Of a stretch of DNA of 63,252 nt, positions 1 to 13,817 are shown one piece after another. The stretch's first letter is position 1; every line of letters starts with the position of its first letter. Origin of the DNA: Sulfuricaulis sp. (GTDB lineage: Bacteria > Pseudomonadota > Gammaproteobacteria > Acidiferrobacterales > Sulfurifustaceae); contig JANLIC010000007.1 in NCBI GenBank assembly GCA_024654125.1, positions 1 through 63,252 on the forward strand, given 5' to 3'. The notes beneath the pieces are model-generated. The model saw nothing but the letters and a program-made list of their open reading frames with translations, did no database searches and was not told the origin of the DNA. The translations under genes were made by a program, and so were the position numbers.

Positions 1-605
1 GGGGGTAAATCGAATATCACCCAGCGCATGGGATAGCGCCGTTTCAATTCCTGCACCAGCTGCAACATAGGGCGAGATGACAACGCTTCAGAAGAAGTCG
101 TTAGCGGCACACTGCCAGGAAAAATAACAAGCCCCGGTATCTTGGGATGAACCAGAATCTTTTGCACAGCTACTCCTTCTAGCAGGTGCTCGCGCAACCC
201 CAGATCCACATCGATACCGAGATATGTATGTATACTTGGCTGGCTCAAATTGGCATCTACCAGCAATACGGTTTGATTACGTTCCAAGGCCAGACTGATA
301 CTTAGGTTAATTGCCGTAAGCGTCTTACCTTCACCTTGTCTGGGACTGGTCACGCCCAGCGTTCTCCAGCCGTGCTGGCGCATCCGCTGAGACACCTGCG
401 TGCGAAGCACCTTGTATGCCTTGGTTGCCTCGTTTTGAGAGTCCCCGGCAATAATACGATGCTGCTTTAACCAGCCTGGATAAAGATCGACGCTGCGGGT
501 CTGGGTATAAACAATATCCGTGGGTATTAAGGCTCGACCTTCGGCAGAGAAATCCTGCCCCTGCTTCTGCCGCACCCGCTCAATCGCCTTAGAATAGGGA
601 TCCAT
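1..605 (-). CDS. CpsD/CapB-family (Wzc C-terminal type) tyrosine autokinase, runs off the window
   Basis: Manual translation from ATG at 605 gives MDPYSKAIERVRQ...AYKVLRTQV...LGVTSPRQGEGKTLTAINLSISLA...VLLVDANL...VIFDLPP, with Walker A GEGKT and Walker B-like motifs. It lies directly downstream of the chain-length determinant. Confidence 0.85.
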   Translation of the reverse strand, partial: MDPYSKAIERVRQKQGQDFSAEGRALIPTDIVYTQTRSVDLYPGWLKQHRIIAGDSQNEATKAYKVLRTQVSQRMRQHGWRTLGVTSPRQGEGKTLTAINLSISLALERNQTVLLVDANLSQPSIHTYLGIDVDLGLREHLLEGVAVQKILVHPKIPGLVIFPGSVPLTTSSEALSSRPMLQLVQELKRRYPMRWVIFDLP

Positions 606-732
606 GCTTTGCTATCTCTGCTTTTCTATCAGAATACTGGAAACTACTAATGCCGGAAGTATTGTCATTCAGAATTTCGAAGTTTAGCACACTCTGCCTA
701 GCAGAACTTAGGACGCCAATATAATCCTAGAA

Positions 733-2352
733 TTACCGTGCCCCCTGAATCATCCGTCGGCTTTCTGCAACCGTGTCACCAATTGGAATATGCGGAATAA
801 CAGCCAATGGGGGGACACGCAACACCGATGCAATGCCCATGGAGCCGCGAATGGTACGGTCCATGTATTCAGCGATACTGGCATAGCCAATACCGCTTCC
901 GAAGCCCAGGACTATCCCAAGCAGGAGAAACGCACGCCGGTTTGGCATCTCCGGGCTGTCGGGGAGTGTAGGTGCCACCAATAACGAAAAACGCTCGCCC
1001 TTTTGCTCCTTCTCCATTTCCACGGCGATATCGGCGCCCATCAGGTGTTCCTTGATCTCGCGGTATTTCTTGACCGTACTGTCATATTCACGCTGCAACA
1101 CCAGCCCTTCCTGCTCCACCCCGGGTGTCTGAATCAGACGACCCTCGTACTCCGCTGATTTCTGCTTTGCCCGTACGCGCTGCTCGTTCGCGGCCCTGAG
1201 ACTGATAGCGATCGTCGCCAGTTGGGTTTGAATGGCAATGTAAGCGGGGTTATCCGGCTTTAGGGCAAAGCCCATCGGCGTCGCTGCTGATGACGCCTTG
1301 AGTTTCTCCTCGAGTGTTGCCAACATTGTTTTCTGCCTGGTCACATCTGGATGATTCTCCGCGTACTTCTCACGGGCCGACGCTAACTCGGCGCGTGCTT
1401 TCTTGTACTCACGATCAACCGCTTCACGCTCGTCAACGGCGCCGGTTTCTTTTCGCAGCATTTCGAGTTCGCGCCGCAGTTTAATCACATCTGGATGATT
1501 AGGCGCATAAACCGCCGCCGCACTCAGATATTGAGTCTGCACTTCCCGTAGCCGCCCGCCGGGGCCCTGTCCGGTATAGGGTTCCACCGTGGCGAGTTGC
1601 CCTTGGAGTTCGAGCCTACGCTCTTCCAGCGTGGTGATCTGACGGTCCAAATCCTCCATTTCTTTTTGCGTGCGCTCCATGAGCGACATATTCAAGCCCA
1701 TTAATTCTGGAAGACGTCCTGTATTCCTTTTTTTATACGCGGCAAGTTGCGCCTCGAGGTCAGTAAGATGCTGACGCAATTTTCCTTCTTCCTCGGAAAA
1801 GAAACCGGACGTCCTCTCCGCTTGTTGCGTCCGGATCATTATATTGGCGTTTAAAAGCAAATTAGTTAACTCGTCAGTCACTTTCTGGGTAACGCCAGGT
1901 TCATCTCCATCGAATGATACTGTGAAAGCGATCGTTGCCATCATCGACGCGCCGCTACGTGGGTCGGTCACGTTAGCACTGACCGTTTCGACCTTGATTC
2001 CCTTGCGCATGCGCGCGATGAACTGTTTGACGGAAGATTCGGAATTCAGTTTTTCCGTATAAAGCTGACTTTTTTCGGCAATCTTCAGCAAGTTGTCATC
2101 TGTCAAGACTCGTTTCTGAATAATCTGGAGACGCTGATTGGCATAGCCGGTGACGGTGGATGAAACCAGGTCGCGTGGAACCTCCTGTTGCTCAATCAGA
2201 ATGGTCGCCGAAGAGCGATACACAGGCGGAATTACAAAAGCCAGGATGGCGCTGACAAGAAACACCAATAGTGCCGTGCGGAATACCTGCTTTTTTCGGC
2301 GTCGCAAAATCGAAAGATAGTCAGCGAGATGTAAAGTGCCTGTATCTGTCAT
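733..2352 (-). CDS. Polysaccharide chain-length determinant (GumC/Wzc N-terminal type co-polymerase)
   Basis: N-terminal TM followed by PPVYRSSATILIE, long coiled coil with YxxNHPDV motifs, C-terminal PxxP plus TM and DRTIR...LRVPPLAVIP. Confidence 0.88.
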   Translation of the reverse strand: MTDTGTLHLADYLSILRRRKKQVFRTALLVFLVSAILAFVIPPVYRSSATILIEQQEVPRDLVSSTVTGYANQRLQIIQKRVLTDDNLLKIAEKSQLYTEKLNSESSVKQFIARMRKGIKVETVSANVTDPRSGASMMATIAFTVSFDGDEPGVTQKVTDELTNLLLNANIMIRTQQAERTSGFFSEEEGKLRQHLTDLEAQLAAYKKRNTGRLPELMGLNMSLMERTQKEMEDLDRQITTLEERRLELQGQLATVEPYTGQGPGGRLREVQTQYLSAAAVYAPNHPDVIKLRRELEMLRKETGAVDEREAVDREYKKARAELASAREKYAENHPDVTRQKTMLATLEEKLKASSAATPMGFALKPDNPAYIAIQTQLATIAISLRAANEQRVRAKQKSAEYEGRLIQTPGVEQEGLVLQREYDSTVKKYREIKEHLMGADIAVEMEKEQKGERFSLLVAPTLPDSPEMPNRRAFLLLGIVLGFGSGIGYASIAEYMDRTIRGSMGIASVLRVPPLAVIPHIPIGDTVAESRRMIQGAR

Positions 2353-2401
2353 GTCTTTGTGTCTCGATAGCTCAAATTCTCAAACTAATTCCTTGAAAAC
2401 C

Positions 2402-3745
2402 TCAGCGAGAGGTTACCTGCTTGCCCCAAGAATAGTTTACCCCGGCGAACACTGCCTTGCTTTTCGCAGTTGTCGGATTAGCATCAAACTTCTGTTCCCG
2501 GAATTGGTACTCGAGCCCAAATACCCATTCGGGTTTCCATTGCCAGCTTAGACCAGGTATTACCTCGTAGTATCGCCGATCGATATCTGGATCGGAACCC
2601 TCGAGCACTTTGTTACGAAAGATGCTAGCCCTGATATTAAAATTGACCATCGGAGAGATCTTCCTGGCCATATTTATTCTGAATTGATTGCTTATCGCCG
2701 TTCGCCCGGCTCCGCTCGGATGCACGTCTCGGCTGATAACACCATCAACAGTGGACAACTCGGATCGCTGTTGCAAGCCCGCTTCCAATACATAATTGCT
2801 GGTATCGTTGGTTACTGTAGGTGATTTCTCCGATGTTTTACCGACACCAAGCATAAATCGTCCTTGAGTCGTTTCCGTGTAAGCATGCGAAATACCCGCC
2901 AGAAATTGGTTCGTATCTGACTTGGTATTGCTTACGTCAGGTCGGTAAGCTGAATGAGCAATTGAAATATTTAGATCGTCACGTGGCGTTATTCGGTAGG
3001 AGTATGTGACTCCTAACAGATGATCCTTGTAGTCCTCCAATCCTGTACCTGCGATTTTTTCGAAACTCACATCATTAATAACGTAACGAAAATTCAGTGA
3101 ACTACGCTCCGTCAGCGCATAGGCCCATGAAGGTTGCGCGAACAGTGATTCTCGGCGTACTTTCTGAGAAACCAGCCCCACATCGGTGTCCCTCAGATTC
3201 CCAGTTCCTGAAGTTGTTTGAGTAGATTCAAACAGTATATTCCGTCGATATTCACTGTCTAACCCCCACTTAGATCGTTCTGTTGACTGAACATGCGAAT
3301 TTAGAGTCAGGATTTGCGAATCCGTATCCGGCACCTGATCTCCTGAATACTCTGTTGCGCTTAACAGAAGGTCTAAATTCACAGCGGAGGTTTCTGTGGT
3401 TTTACCTAACTTCATACGTGGATAAATAGAAACCGCCGAGACAGATTCGTGAGCGCCGGTTGTTAACGTGGGGTTATCATCGCGGCTCGAGGCTAAGCCA
3501 ATGGAAGGCTCAAATGACCATTCCGCAGCTAGCGAGATCCGGGGTAATAGCAAAACTGATAGGATACCTATCAATAACAAAGACGTCAGGCCCCAAAGAA
3601 TCAAGCGATAAAATGGGAAAATTGTGCCCTCGGGTCGCACTGGCTGAAAGTTGAATGACCTTAATTTAGAAGCGAAAACACTAGTTTGAAAATTTTCTGT
3701 TGCTGACATAGTAAAGTAGCTTATCTGACGATAATTGTTTCTCAT
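2402..3745 (-). CDS. EPS-associated outer-membrane beta-barrel protein (start probably downstream of 3745)
   Basis: Signal-peptide-like segment ending SLA-AEW, alternating beta-strand pattern, C-terminal AGVNYSW. It sits between wza and the co-polymerase. Confidence 0.65.
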   Translation of the reverse strand: MRNNYRQISYFTMSATENFQTSVFASKLRSFNFQPVRPEGTIFPFYRLILWGLTSLLLIGILSVLLLPRISLAAEWSFEPSIGLASSRDDNPTLTTGAHESVSAVSIYPRMKLGKTTETSAVNLDLLLSATEYSGDQVPDTDSQILTLNSHVQSTERSKWGLDSEYRRNILFESTQTTSGTGNLRDTDVGLVSQKVRRESLFAQPSWAYALTERSSLNFRYVINDVSFEKIAGTGLEDYKDHLLGVTYSYRITPRDDLNISIAHSAYRPDVSNTKSDTNQFLAGISHAYTETTQGRFMLGVGKTSEKSPTVTNDTSNYVLEAGLQQRSELSTVDGVISRDVHPSGAGRTAISNQFRINMARKISPMVNFNIRASIFRNKVLEGSDPDIDRRYYEVIPGLSWQWKPEWVFGLEYQFREQKFDANPTTAKSKAVFAGVNYSWGKQVTSR

Positions 3746-3819
3746 TTTTCCTCCTTCGTCCTAGACAATTCTTGTGTTGACTCATTTTAAATACGTGTAT
3801 TTCAGATTAGACATAATTA

Positions 3820-4458
3820 TCAGGGCACAATAATCACATCACCGCTCTGCAGAGTGATGTTTTGCTCCAGTCGACGGCCTTTTTTTACTTCTGCATAATT
3901 GAAGCGAAGAATGTTCTCTTTACCATTTTCTTTCCTGATAACTTTAATATTTCCTTCTTCTGCAAAAGGCGTAAGCCCGCCGGCTAAACTCAGCGCCTGG
4001 AGCACGTCAATATATCGGCCAACCACATAATCTCCCGGTTTGTTCACCCGGCCTATTACAAAAATTTTATAACCAGCGATTTTTTTGATCGATACGCTTA
4101 CTACCGGATTAGGGATGTATTGCTTGAGCCACTGCGCGATTTCTTCCTGAAGCTGCAAAGCGGTTTTTCCTTTCGCCTGAACGTTTCCAACCAAAGGAAA
4201 AGTGATCCAACCATCAGGTCTGACAAGGACTTCCTGTTGCAAATCTTTTTCCTTCCATACAGAGATATCGAGTACATCCTCGGGGCCAATTTCGTATTCA
4301 CCGCCGGAAGCAACCTGATTGACAACGGGACTGTCAGCAAACGCTGTAGTCAGCGGGGCAATAAAAAAAACTGAAGCGAGAGCGCCAAAAACTACTTTCT
4401 CCGACAGCAATGATGATGCTACTGCAACTGTGGGATAAAAGTTAAAGATACGGTGCAT
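3820..4458 (-). CDS. wza: Polysaccharide biosynthesis/export protein (Wza/GumB family)
   Basis: YEIGPEDVLDISVW...VRPDGWITFPLVG poly_export motif, SLBB domain, ends LQSGDVIIVP. Confidence 0.88.
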   Translation of the reverse strand: MHRIFNFYPTVAVASSLLSEKVVFGALASVFFIAPLTTAFADSPVVNQVASGGEYEIGPEDVLDISVWKEKDLQQEVLVRPDGWITFPLVGNVQAKGKTALQLQEEIAQWLKQYIPNPVVSVSIKKIAGYKIFVIGRVNKPGDYVVGRYIDVLQALSLAGGLTPFAEEGNIKVIRKENGKENILRFNYAEVKKGRRLEQNITLQSGDVIIVP

Positions 4459-5318
4459 GTCTTCTTAACCTTGGTTAAATAAATTTCTGTAAATTGTCTA
4501 ATACCCAGATGAGGCGAATCAATTTTCAATTCATCTAGCGTACCAATGAAACAGGAAAACATAAGCCGATTGCCCTTATGTTTTCCATACAACTATATAA
4601 TCTGATTTCAGCATCCCTGAGCGGTGGATACATGCCTAATTGTTCCGCTCTCGACCTGCGCATAACGTTCACGGCAGATAGCTGCTTAATCGCAGAATAG
4701 CCCCAGAAGTCGCAATAAATAGACGCTTTGGTACAGCCCATTACATCAGCCATCCAATTTAATGAATTAGATGCCTTTGTGAAAGAACTTCGCTTCAATC
4801 AACTTGTTTGAATACAGGGGATAACTCAGTCTGATCAATCTCAGCAGTGGTCGACAATACCGACCAGTTTTCTTTACCGCTTCGGATGCATTCAACCAAG
4901 AATCTTTAATACTACACTCCAGAAACCATATCTCTAGGGCCAACCGGTGTAGCGTATTATAACTGAGGAACTTGATTTCAGTGACAAGAAAGAACAGATA
5001 GATGATTCGCAATAAATCTTTGTGACAGTGTAGTTACAGAGGATTTATTGACTACTATTTTGAATTAAGCTCTATCCTTATAATTTTAATAACCTTTATG
5101 GATTCCTGTGCTTTATAAAATCAGCCGTTTCATTCGATTGTTGTCACCCAAGGGAACAGATCGGAATACCCGATTCCGCTTCTGCTACTCAACACTCCCG
5201 CCACTAACATATAATGGCCACACTGCAGAGATGATATGTAACTCATTTCTTTCGCCGCAAACAGTACCATGGATTAGGACTGTAAGCACCCAACAACTCT
5301 CCTAATTGGAGAAATGTT

Positions 5319-6728
5319 TTGGCAATTCAAAAGTTTACAGGCCCTGAATATGGGAAAGTATCTGCTTTTTTGCAGATAACGGATGTTTTGTTGATCGCTG
5401 GCTCACTTTGGCTTACCTCGCTGTTGTATGAACTCCCCTGGGTTAGGCAATACACAATTGTATTGGTCTGGACGATCAGTATGTTTCTGCTTGTCGTTCA
5501 TTTCTCTGAAATTTATCGTGCCTGGCGGGGATCGTTACTCAGGGGCCGAGAATTACTGCGCCTCATGGGGGCCTGGTTTACCGTCGTCCTGACGCTTCTG
5601 ATTCTGGCATACACCACCAAGACGACCAGTGAATACTCGCGTCGGCTTTTCCTTACATGGTTTGTCATTACTCCCCTGGTTCTGGTCGTCTGGCGCGGAT
5701 GGCTTCAAATATTTTTGGGGGAGATGCGAAAACGTGGCTGGAACGTGCGTACCGTTGCCATTGTTGGCGCATCAGAGTTAGGAGCGCATCTTGCCAACAC
5801 TATCCTTGAGTCTCCCTGGATGGGGCTCCGTCCGCTGGGTTTCTACGATGCGCGGCGACCTTCTGGAGTAAGGCCCCTCCACGGGGGTCCGATTGGGGTG
5901 CTAGGAAATTTGGATGCATTGATCAAGCATGCGCACGAAGGAAGAATCGACATGGTTTACATCGCATTACCCATGCGAGCGGAAACCCGCATCGGGGAAC
6001 TGATTGCGAAGCTGTCTGACACAACTGTTTCGGTCTATCTGGTACCGGACTTCTTTATGTTCGACCTGTTGCATGCAAGCTGGGGGAATGTTGGGGATCT
6101 TCCCGTGGTCAGCATTTCGGAAACCCCGTTTTACGGTGTTGACGGTTTCGTCAAGCGCCTGGAAGACATCTCTTTATCCGGACTGTTTCTATTGCTTGTA
6201 GCCATTCCGATGATAATTATCGCAATTGGCGTGAAGCTTTCTTCCCCAGGACCAATCATTTTCCGGCAACATCGATACGGTTTACGGGGCAACAGAATCA
6301 GTGTCTGGAAATTTCGCACAATGACAGTATCTGAGAGTGATGCCACCGTAGTCCAGGCAAAAAAGAACGACCCGCGCGTGACTCGCATTGGCGCCTTTTT
6401 GAGGCGCACATCCCTTGACGAGCTGCCCCAGCTTATTAACGTCCTGGAAGGAAAGATGTCTCTCGTAGGGCCCCGGCCTCATGCTGTCGCTCATAATGAA
6501 CAATACCGGAAACAGGTGGATCGCTACATGCTTCGCCACAAAGTTAAGCCGGGGATTACCGGCCTGGCCCAAGTCAATGGGTGGCGTGGCGAGACCGATA
6601 CACTCGATAAGATGCAAATGCGGATAAAATTCGATTTGGCCTATATACAAAACTGGTCGCTTTATCTCGATTTAAAGATTATCTACCAAACTATGTTTAA
6701 AGTGATTTCTGACAGGAATGCTTACTAA
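5319..6728 (+). CDS. wcaJ: Undecaprenyl-phosphate glucose phosphotransferase
   Basis: N-terminal TMs, CoA-binding-like domain, KFRTM...DPRVT...LRRTSLDELPQLINVL...SLVGPRPH...KPGITGLAQVNG. Confidence 0.92.
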   Translation: MAIQKFTGPEYGKVSAFLQITDVLLIAGSLWLTSLLYELPWVRQYTIVLVWTISMFLLVVHFSEIYRAWRGSLLRGRELLRLMGAWFTVVLTLLILAYTTKTTSEYSRRLFLTWFVITPLVLVVWRGWLQIFLGEMRKRGWNVRTVAIVGASELGAHLANTILESPWMGLRPLGFYDARRPSGVRPLHGGPIGVLGNLDALIKHAHEGRIDMVYIALPMRAETRIGELIAKLSDTTVSVYLVPDFFMFDLLHASWGNVGDLPVVSISETPFYGVDGFVKRLEDISLSGLFLLLVAIPMIIIAIGVKLSSPGPIIFRQHRYGLRGNRISVWKFRTMTVSESDATVVQAKKNDPRVTRIGAFLRRTSLDELPQLINVLEGKMSLVGPRPHAVAHNEQYRKQVDRYMLRHKVKPGITGLAQVNGWRGETDTLDKMQMRIKFDLAYIQNWSLYLDLKIIYQTMFKVISDRNAY

Positions 6729-6832
6729 ACATGAGGTGCCCGCCTTTTTTTTGTAAACCACCCAGCGCACGGAAAATTTTCACGAAAACGAACAAAACCT
6801 CCATCGGACATGCTCAAGAACATCTATCCTTT

Positions 6833-6881
6833 CGCGCCAAGTAAAAAAGGTCCGCAATGTAGGCCTTTTTTACTTGGCGCG
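6833..6881. terminator. Bidirectional intrinsic terminator-like hairpin between wcaJ and the tRNA operon
   Basis: Perfect 18-bp inverted repeat cgcgccaagtaaaaaagg / ccttttttacttggcgcg with internal A and T tracts. Confidence 0.7.
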
Positions 6882-7057
6882 CCCGGAGAGATTGCTCGCC
6901 CCATCCCCGGGGCTCGCCGCTTCGCGGCCAGCCTTCGGCTGTCCAAATTTGCTCCCGGCAAATTTGTCGAACTCCACTCCCGCTTACGGCGGTCGGGAGC
7001 TCAAACCACATCGAGCCCACAATCAAAGAGGACCCCGTACGGGGCCCTCTTTGATTG
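6875..7057 (-). repeat. RtT-like tRNA-linked repeat ending in a 19-bp copy of the tRNA-Arg 3' end
   Basis: tggcgcgcccggagagatt at 6875-6893 duplicates 7058-7076. The spacer is made of stem-loops (GTTCGACAAATTTGCCGGGAGCAAATTTGGACAGCCGAAGGCTG... on the minus strand). Confidence 0.6.
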
Positions 7058-7134
7058 TGGCGCGCCCGGAGAGATTCGAACTCCCGACCCTCAGGTTCGT
7101 AGCCTGATACTCTATCCAGCTGAGCTACGGGCGC
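7058..7134 (-). tRNA. tRNA-Arg(ACG)
   Basis: GCGCCCGTAGCTCAGCTGGATAGAG...CTACGAA...GTTCGAATC...GCGCGCCA cloverleaf. Confidence 0.96.
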
Positions 7135-7526
7135 GAAAATTTATACCTTCCATCCATGGTGCGACTACTCAGCCACAGAAACCCCCGCCCGACCACCCCT
7201 GGTCGGGCGCCCGGCGTCGCGAGAGTCCACTGGGCTCTCGCGAATGCCCCACTTCGCCCAGCTGAGCCACGGGCACATGGGCTGCGGATTATACTGAACA
7301 GTGAATGGATGAAAAAGGCAAAATTTGGATAAAAACTACTGGCAGAGAGAGTAATGAATCGGGCCTTCGGCCCTCACCCCTTCAGGGCCCACCGTTGCTG
7401 TGCTCCGGTGTTCAGCTTAGCTTCGCTATGCTGTCAAACTCAACCTTTAAGAATCGATCGAGGGCACGAATCCAGTATTATCCGATTTATAAACGAAGAG
7501 CCCATAAGACCATTCGTTTAAGAGAC

Positions 7527-7617
7527 TGGCGGAGAGAGAGGGATTCGAACCCTCGATGGGATTTTGTCCCATACACCCTTAGCAGGGGTGCGCCTTCGAC
7601 CACTCGGCCATCTCTCC
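7527..7617 (-). tRNA. tRNA-Ser(GCT)
   Basis: GGAGAGATGGCCGAGTGGTCGAAGGCG...CTGCTAA..., long variable arm, GTTCGAATCC...CGCCA. Confidence 0.96.
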
Positions 7618-7685
7618 TTGCAAACGCAAGCGTCTGCAAGGATACCTGCGCACTCAGGGCACGTAAAGCTGTGCCCTGTTAGATT

Positions 7686-7907
7686 TCAGCCCTTGCTGCC
7701 GCCGTGCGCCAGGCCAGGCATGGGATGCACTAGACCCAATTCTTTCTCTTTCTTGATGCGCTCGTAGATTTCCTCGCGATGAACGGGGATCTCTTTGGGC
7801 GCATTCACGCCGATCCGGACCTGGTTGCCCTTGATGCCGAGCACGGTGACCTGAACATCGTCACCGATGTTGAGGGTTTCGCCAATGCGTCGAGTAAGTA
7901 TCAGCAT
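7686..7907 (-). CDS. csrA: Carbon storage regulator CsrA
   Basis: [48 protein letters not shown]. Confidence 0.97.
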   Translation of the reverse strand: MLILTRRIGETLNIGDDVQVTVLGIKGNQVRIGVNAPKEIPVHREEIYERIKKEKELGLVHPMPGLAHGGSKG

Positions 7908-8185
7908 TGTTCTGCACTCCTTTCAGTATTGCCTAACTCCGTATGTTCCCTATCCCTTTGTTCGGTCACCCACCCCTGGACTGACCGGCTCCTCAACTCA
8001 ATTTGCCCAACGTCTTAATGACGGTTTTTGGCAAACTTCCCCATGAACGACAGCCGACACGGCGTTTTCGGCATCTGCCGCAGCCACTGACAGGCACGAC
8101 TACGCGCTTGCCTGACTTCTAACTTACGGATACCTCAGGGTATTTCCTGCTGATCCGGCCGTATTCGACTGCACGCCAATAGCTA

Positions 8186-8202
8186 TGCAGCTTCTGTGCC
8201 AG
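8186..8202 (-). promoter_or_regulatory. Candidate sigma-54 -24/-12 promoter upstream of csrA
   Basis: Minus strand reads CTGGCACAGAAGCTGCA, which fits TGGCAC-N5-(T/C)TGC with GG-N10-GC spacing. Confidence 0.45.
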
Positions 8203-8215
8203 TTTTGGAGGGGGA

Positions 8216-9448
8216 TTAAGCTGGGGATTTACTGCTTTTTTCGAGACCGAAGGCGCCGTGCAGGGCACGGACCCCCAATTCCAAGTACTTTTCGTCGACC
8301 ACCACGGAAATCTTGATCTCCGAGGTCGAAATCATCTGGATATTAATACCCTCGCCCGCCAGGGTCTTGAACATCTGGCTCGCGATACCGGCATGCGAGC
8401 GCATGCCCACCCCAACGATGGAAATTTTGACGATCTTGTCATCGCCCGTGACCTCGCGCGCCTTCAGCTCCTGGGCCACCCGTTTCAGGATATCGAGGGA
8501 ATTTTTATAATCACCCCGATGAACCGTAAAGGTGAAATCGGTGGTGCCGTCCGCGCCCACGTTCTGCACGATCATGTCGACATTGATGCTGGCCTTGCCG
8601 ATCTCGTCCAGGATGCGGGCGGCAATGCCGGGCTTGTCCGGTACGCCGCGGATGGTCAGCTTGGCTTCGTCGCGATTGAATGCAATACCTGAAATGACGG
8701 GTGCTTCCATGATTTTTTCCTCATAGGAAATGAGCGTGCCCGGACCTTCCTCGAAGGAGGACAGCACGCGCAAGGGAACCTTGTACTTGCCGGCGAATTC
8801 TACCGAACGCAGCTGGAGGACCTTGGAGCCCAGGCTCGCCAGTTCGAGCATCTCCTCGAAGGTAATGCGATCCAGCCGCCGGGCCTGCGGCACGATGCGC
8901 GGATCGGTCGTGTATACGCCGTCCACATCGGTGTATATCTGACACTCGTCCGCCTTGAGAGCCGCGGCCATGGCCACGGCCGTGGTATCAGAGCCACCCC
9001 GGCCCAGGGTGGTAATATTGCCATCCTCGTCCACGCCCTGGAAACCGGCTATCACCACGACACGTCCCTTCTTAAGATCGTCGCGCACGCGCGATTCATC
9101 GATGTCTAAAATACGCGCCTTGCCATAAACGCTGTCGGTGCGGATATGCACCTGATGCCCGGTGTAGGAGCGCGCCGGGCACCCAATTTTTTCCAGTGCC
9201 ATCGCCAGCAGGGCAATCGTGGCCTGCTCGCCGGTGGCGAGCAGGACATCGAGCTCGCGCGGCGGCGGATCAGCATTAATGGTTTTTGCGAGTTTCAACA
9301 GCCTGTCGGTTTCGCCGCTCATGGCGGAAACCACGATCACGAGCTCGTCCCCCTGCTTTCGCATGCGCGCGACCTTGTCGGCCACGGCGTTGATACGCTC
9401 GGGGTTGCCGACAGAAGTGCCGCCGTATTTTTGGACGATGAGGGCCAT
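8216..9448 (-). CDS. lysC: Aspartate kinase
   Basis: Starts MALIVQKYGGTSVG; contains TTLGRGGSDTTAV and two C-terminal ACT domains. Confidence 0.95.
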   Translation of the reverse strand: MALIVQKYGGTSVGNPERINAVADKVARMRKQGDELVIVVSAMSGETDRLLKLAKTINADPPPRELDVLLATGEQATIALLAMALEKIGCPARSYTGHQVHIRTDSVYGKARILDIDESRVRDDLKKGRVVVIAGFQGVDEDGNITTLGRGGSDTTAVAMAAALKADECQIYTDVDGVYTTDPRIVPQARRLDRITFEEMLELASLGSKVLQLRSVEFAGKYKVPLRVLSSFEEGPGTLISYEEKIMEAPVISGIAFNRDEAKLTIRGVPDKPGIAARILDEIGKASINVDMIVQNVGADGTTDFTFTVHRGDYKNSLDILKRVAQELKAREVTGDDKIVKISIVGVGMRSHAGIASQMFKTLAGEGINIQMISTSEIKISVVVDEKYLELGVRALHGAFGLEKSSKSPA

Positions 9449-9687
9449 ATATAACTGCTGATTCTTTTTGACGATTTCCCTCACCCCGTGCCCTCTCCCG
9501 CTACCCTCACCCTCATTCCCTCTTCCGGAGAGAGTGGGGCGAGCCGTAGCGCGCTTCGCGCGCACCCCTGCACTTTAGGAGAGGGGGAGTAAGTGCGCCA
9601 GCGGCGCGCTCTCAATGATCGGGCGCAGATTAAACCTGCTTTTTTACCATGAGTAAACCGTCCGGGAGGAACGTTAAGCGCGCGGTA

Positions 9688-12300
<2,613 letters not shown>

Positions 12301-12720
12301 CTAATCCTGTCCGCGAGGATTGAGTAATTGCTGTATTTGATCATAAGTGAAGCCGCGATATTGGAGGAAGCGCGCCTGGCGGGCACGTTCCGCATAGCTC
12401 TTAGGTGTTTTGCCGCCGAATTTCTTGCGCTGTACACGCCGGATGTCATCGAACCATTCCTGCCTGCTGGCATCGAGCCAATCAGCGATGGCGTCCGGCG
12501 CCACCCCTTTTTCCTGTAATTCCTTCTGGATACGCAACGGCCCGAAACCCCGGCTGCGCCGTGCCCGAATCAGGCTTTCCATGAAGCGGTCGTCGGAAAC
12601 CAGCTGCTCGTTTTCCAGTTTGCTTATGACCTCTGCAGTCAGCGCCGCGCCGCAACCCTTCTTTAATAATTTTTCCTGTAATTCGCGACGGCTGTGTTCG
12701 CGGCGTGCCAACCACTGCAT
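12301..12720 (-). CDS. recX: Regulatory protein RecX (true start may lie up to about 50 nt upstream)
   Basis: LARREHSRRELQEKL...G.GPLRIQKELQEKG...RFLQYRGF; directly downstream of recA. Confidence 0.92.
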   Translation of the reverse strand: MQWLARREHSRRELQEKLLKKGCGAALTAEVISKLENEQLVSDDRFMESLIRARRSRGFGPLRIQKELQEKGVAPDAIADWLDASRQEWFDDIRRVQRKKFGGKTPKSYAERARQARFLQYRGFTYDQIQQLLNPRGQD

Positions 12721-12767
12721 GGCCAGCTGGCGCGCCCGCGCCGGAGTAAGCTCCGGCGAATTCGTAC

Positions 12768-13817
<1,050 letters not shown>

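Noticed and set aside
4535-5305. Short ORFs in the wza-wcaJ spacer
   Set aside because: They have no motifs, weak starts and AT-rich promoter-like sequence.
6810-7682. ORFs of 151, 77 and 125 aa over the tRNA region
   Set aside because: They are antisense read-throughs of tRNAs and hairpin repeats with no protein motifs.
9478-9590. ccctcacccc...ccctctccc...ggagaggg palindrome between alaS and lysC as a lysine riboswitch
   Set aside because: It lacks recognisable L-box features and resembles a common BoxC-like intergenic repeat.
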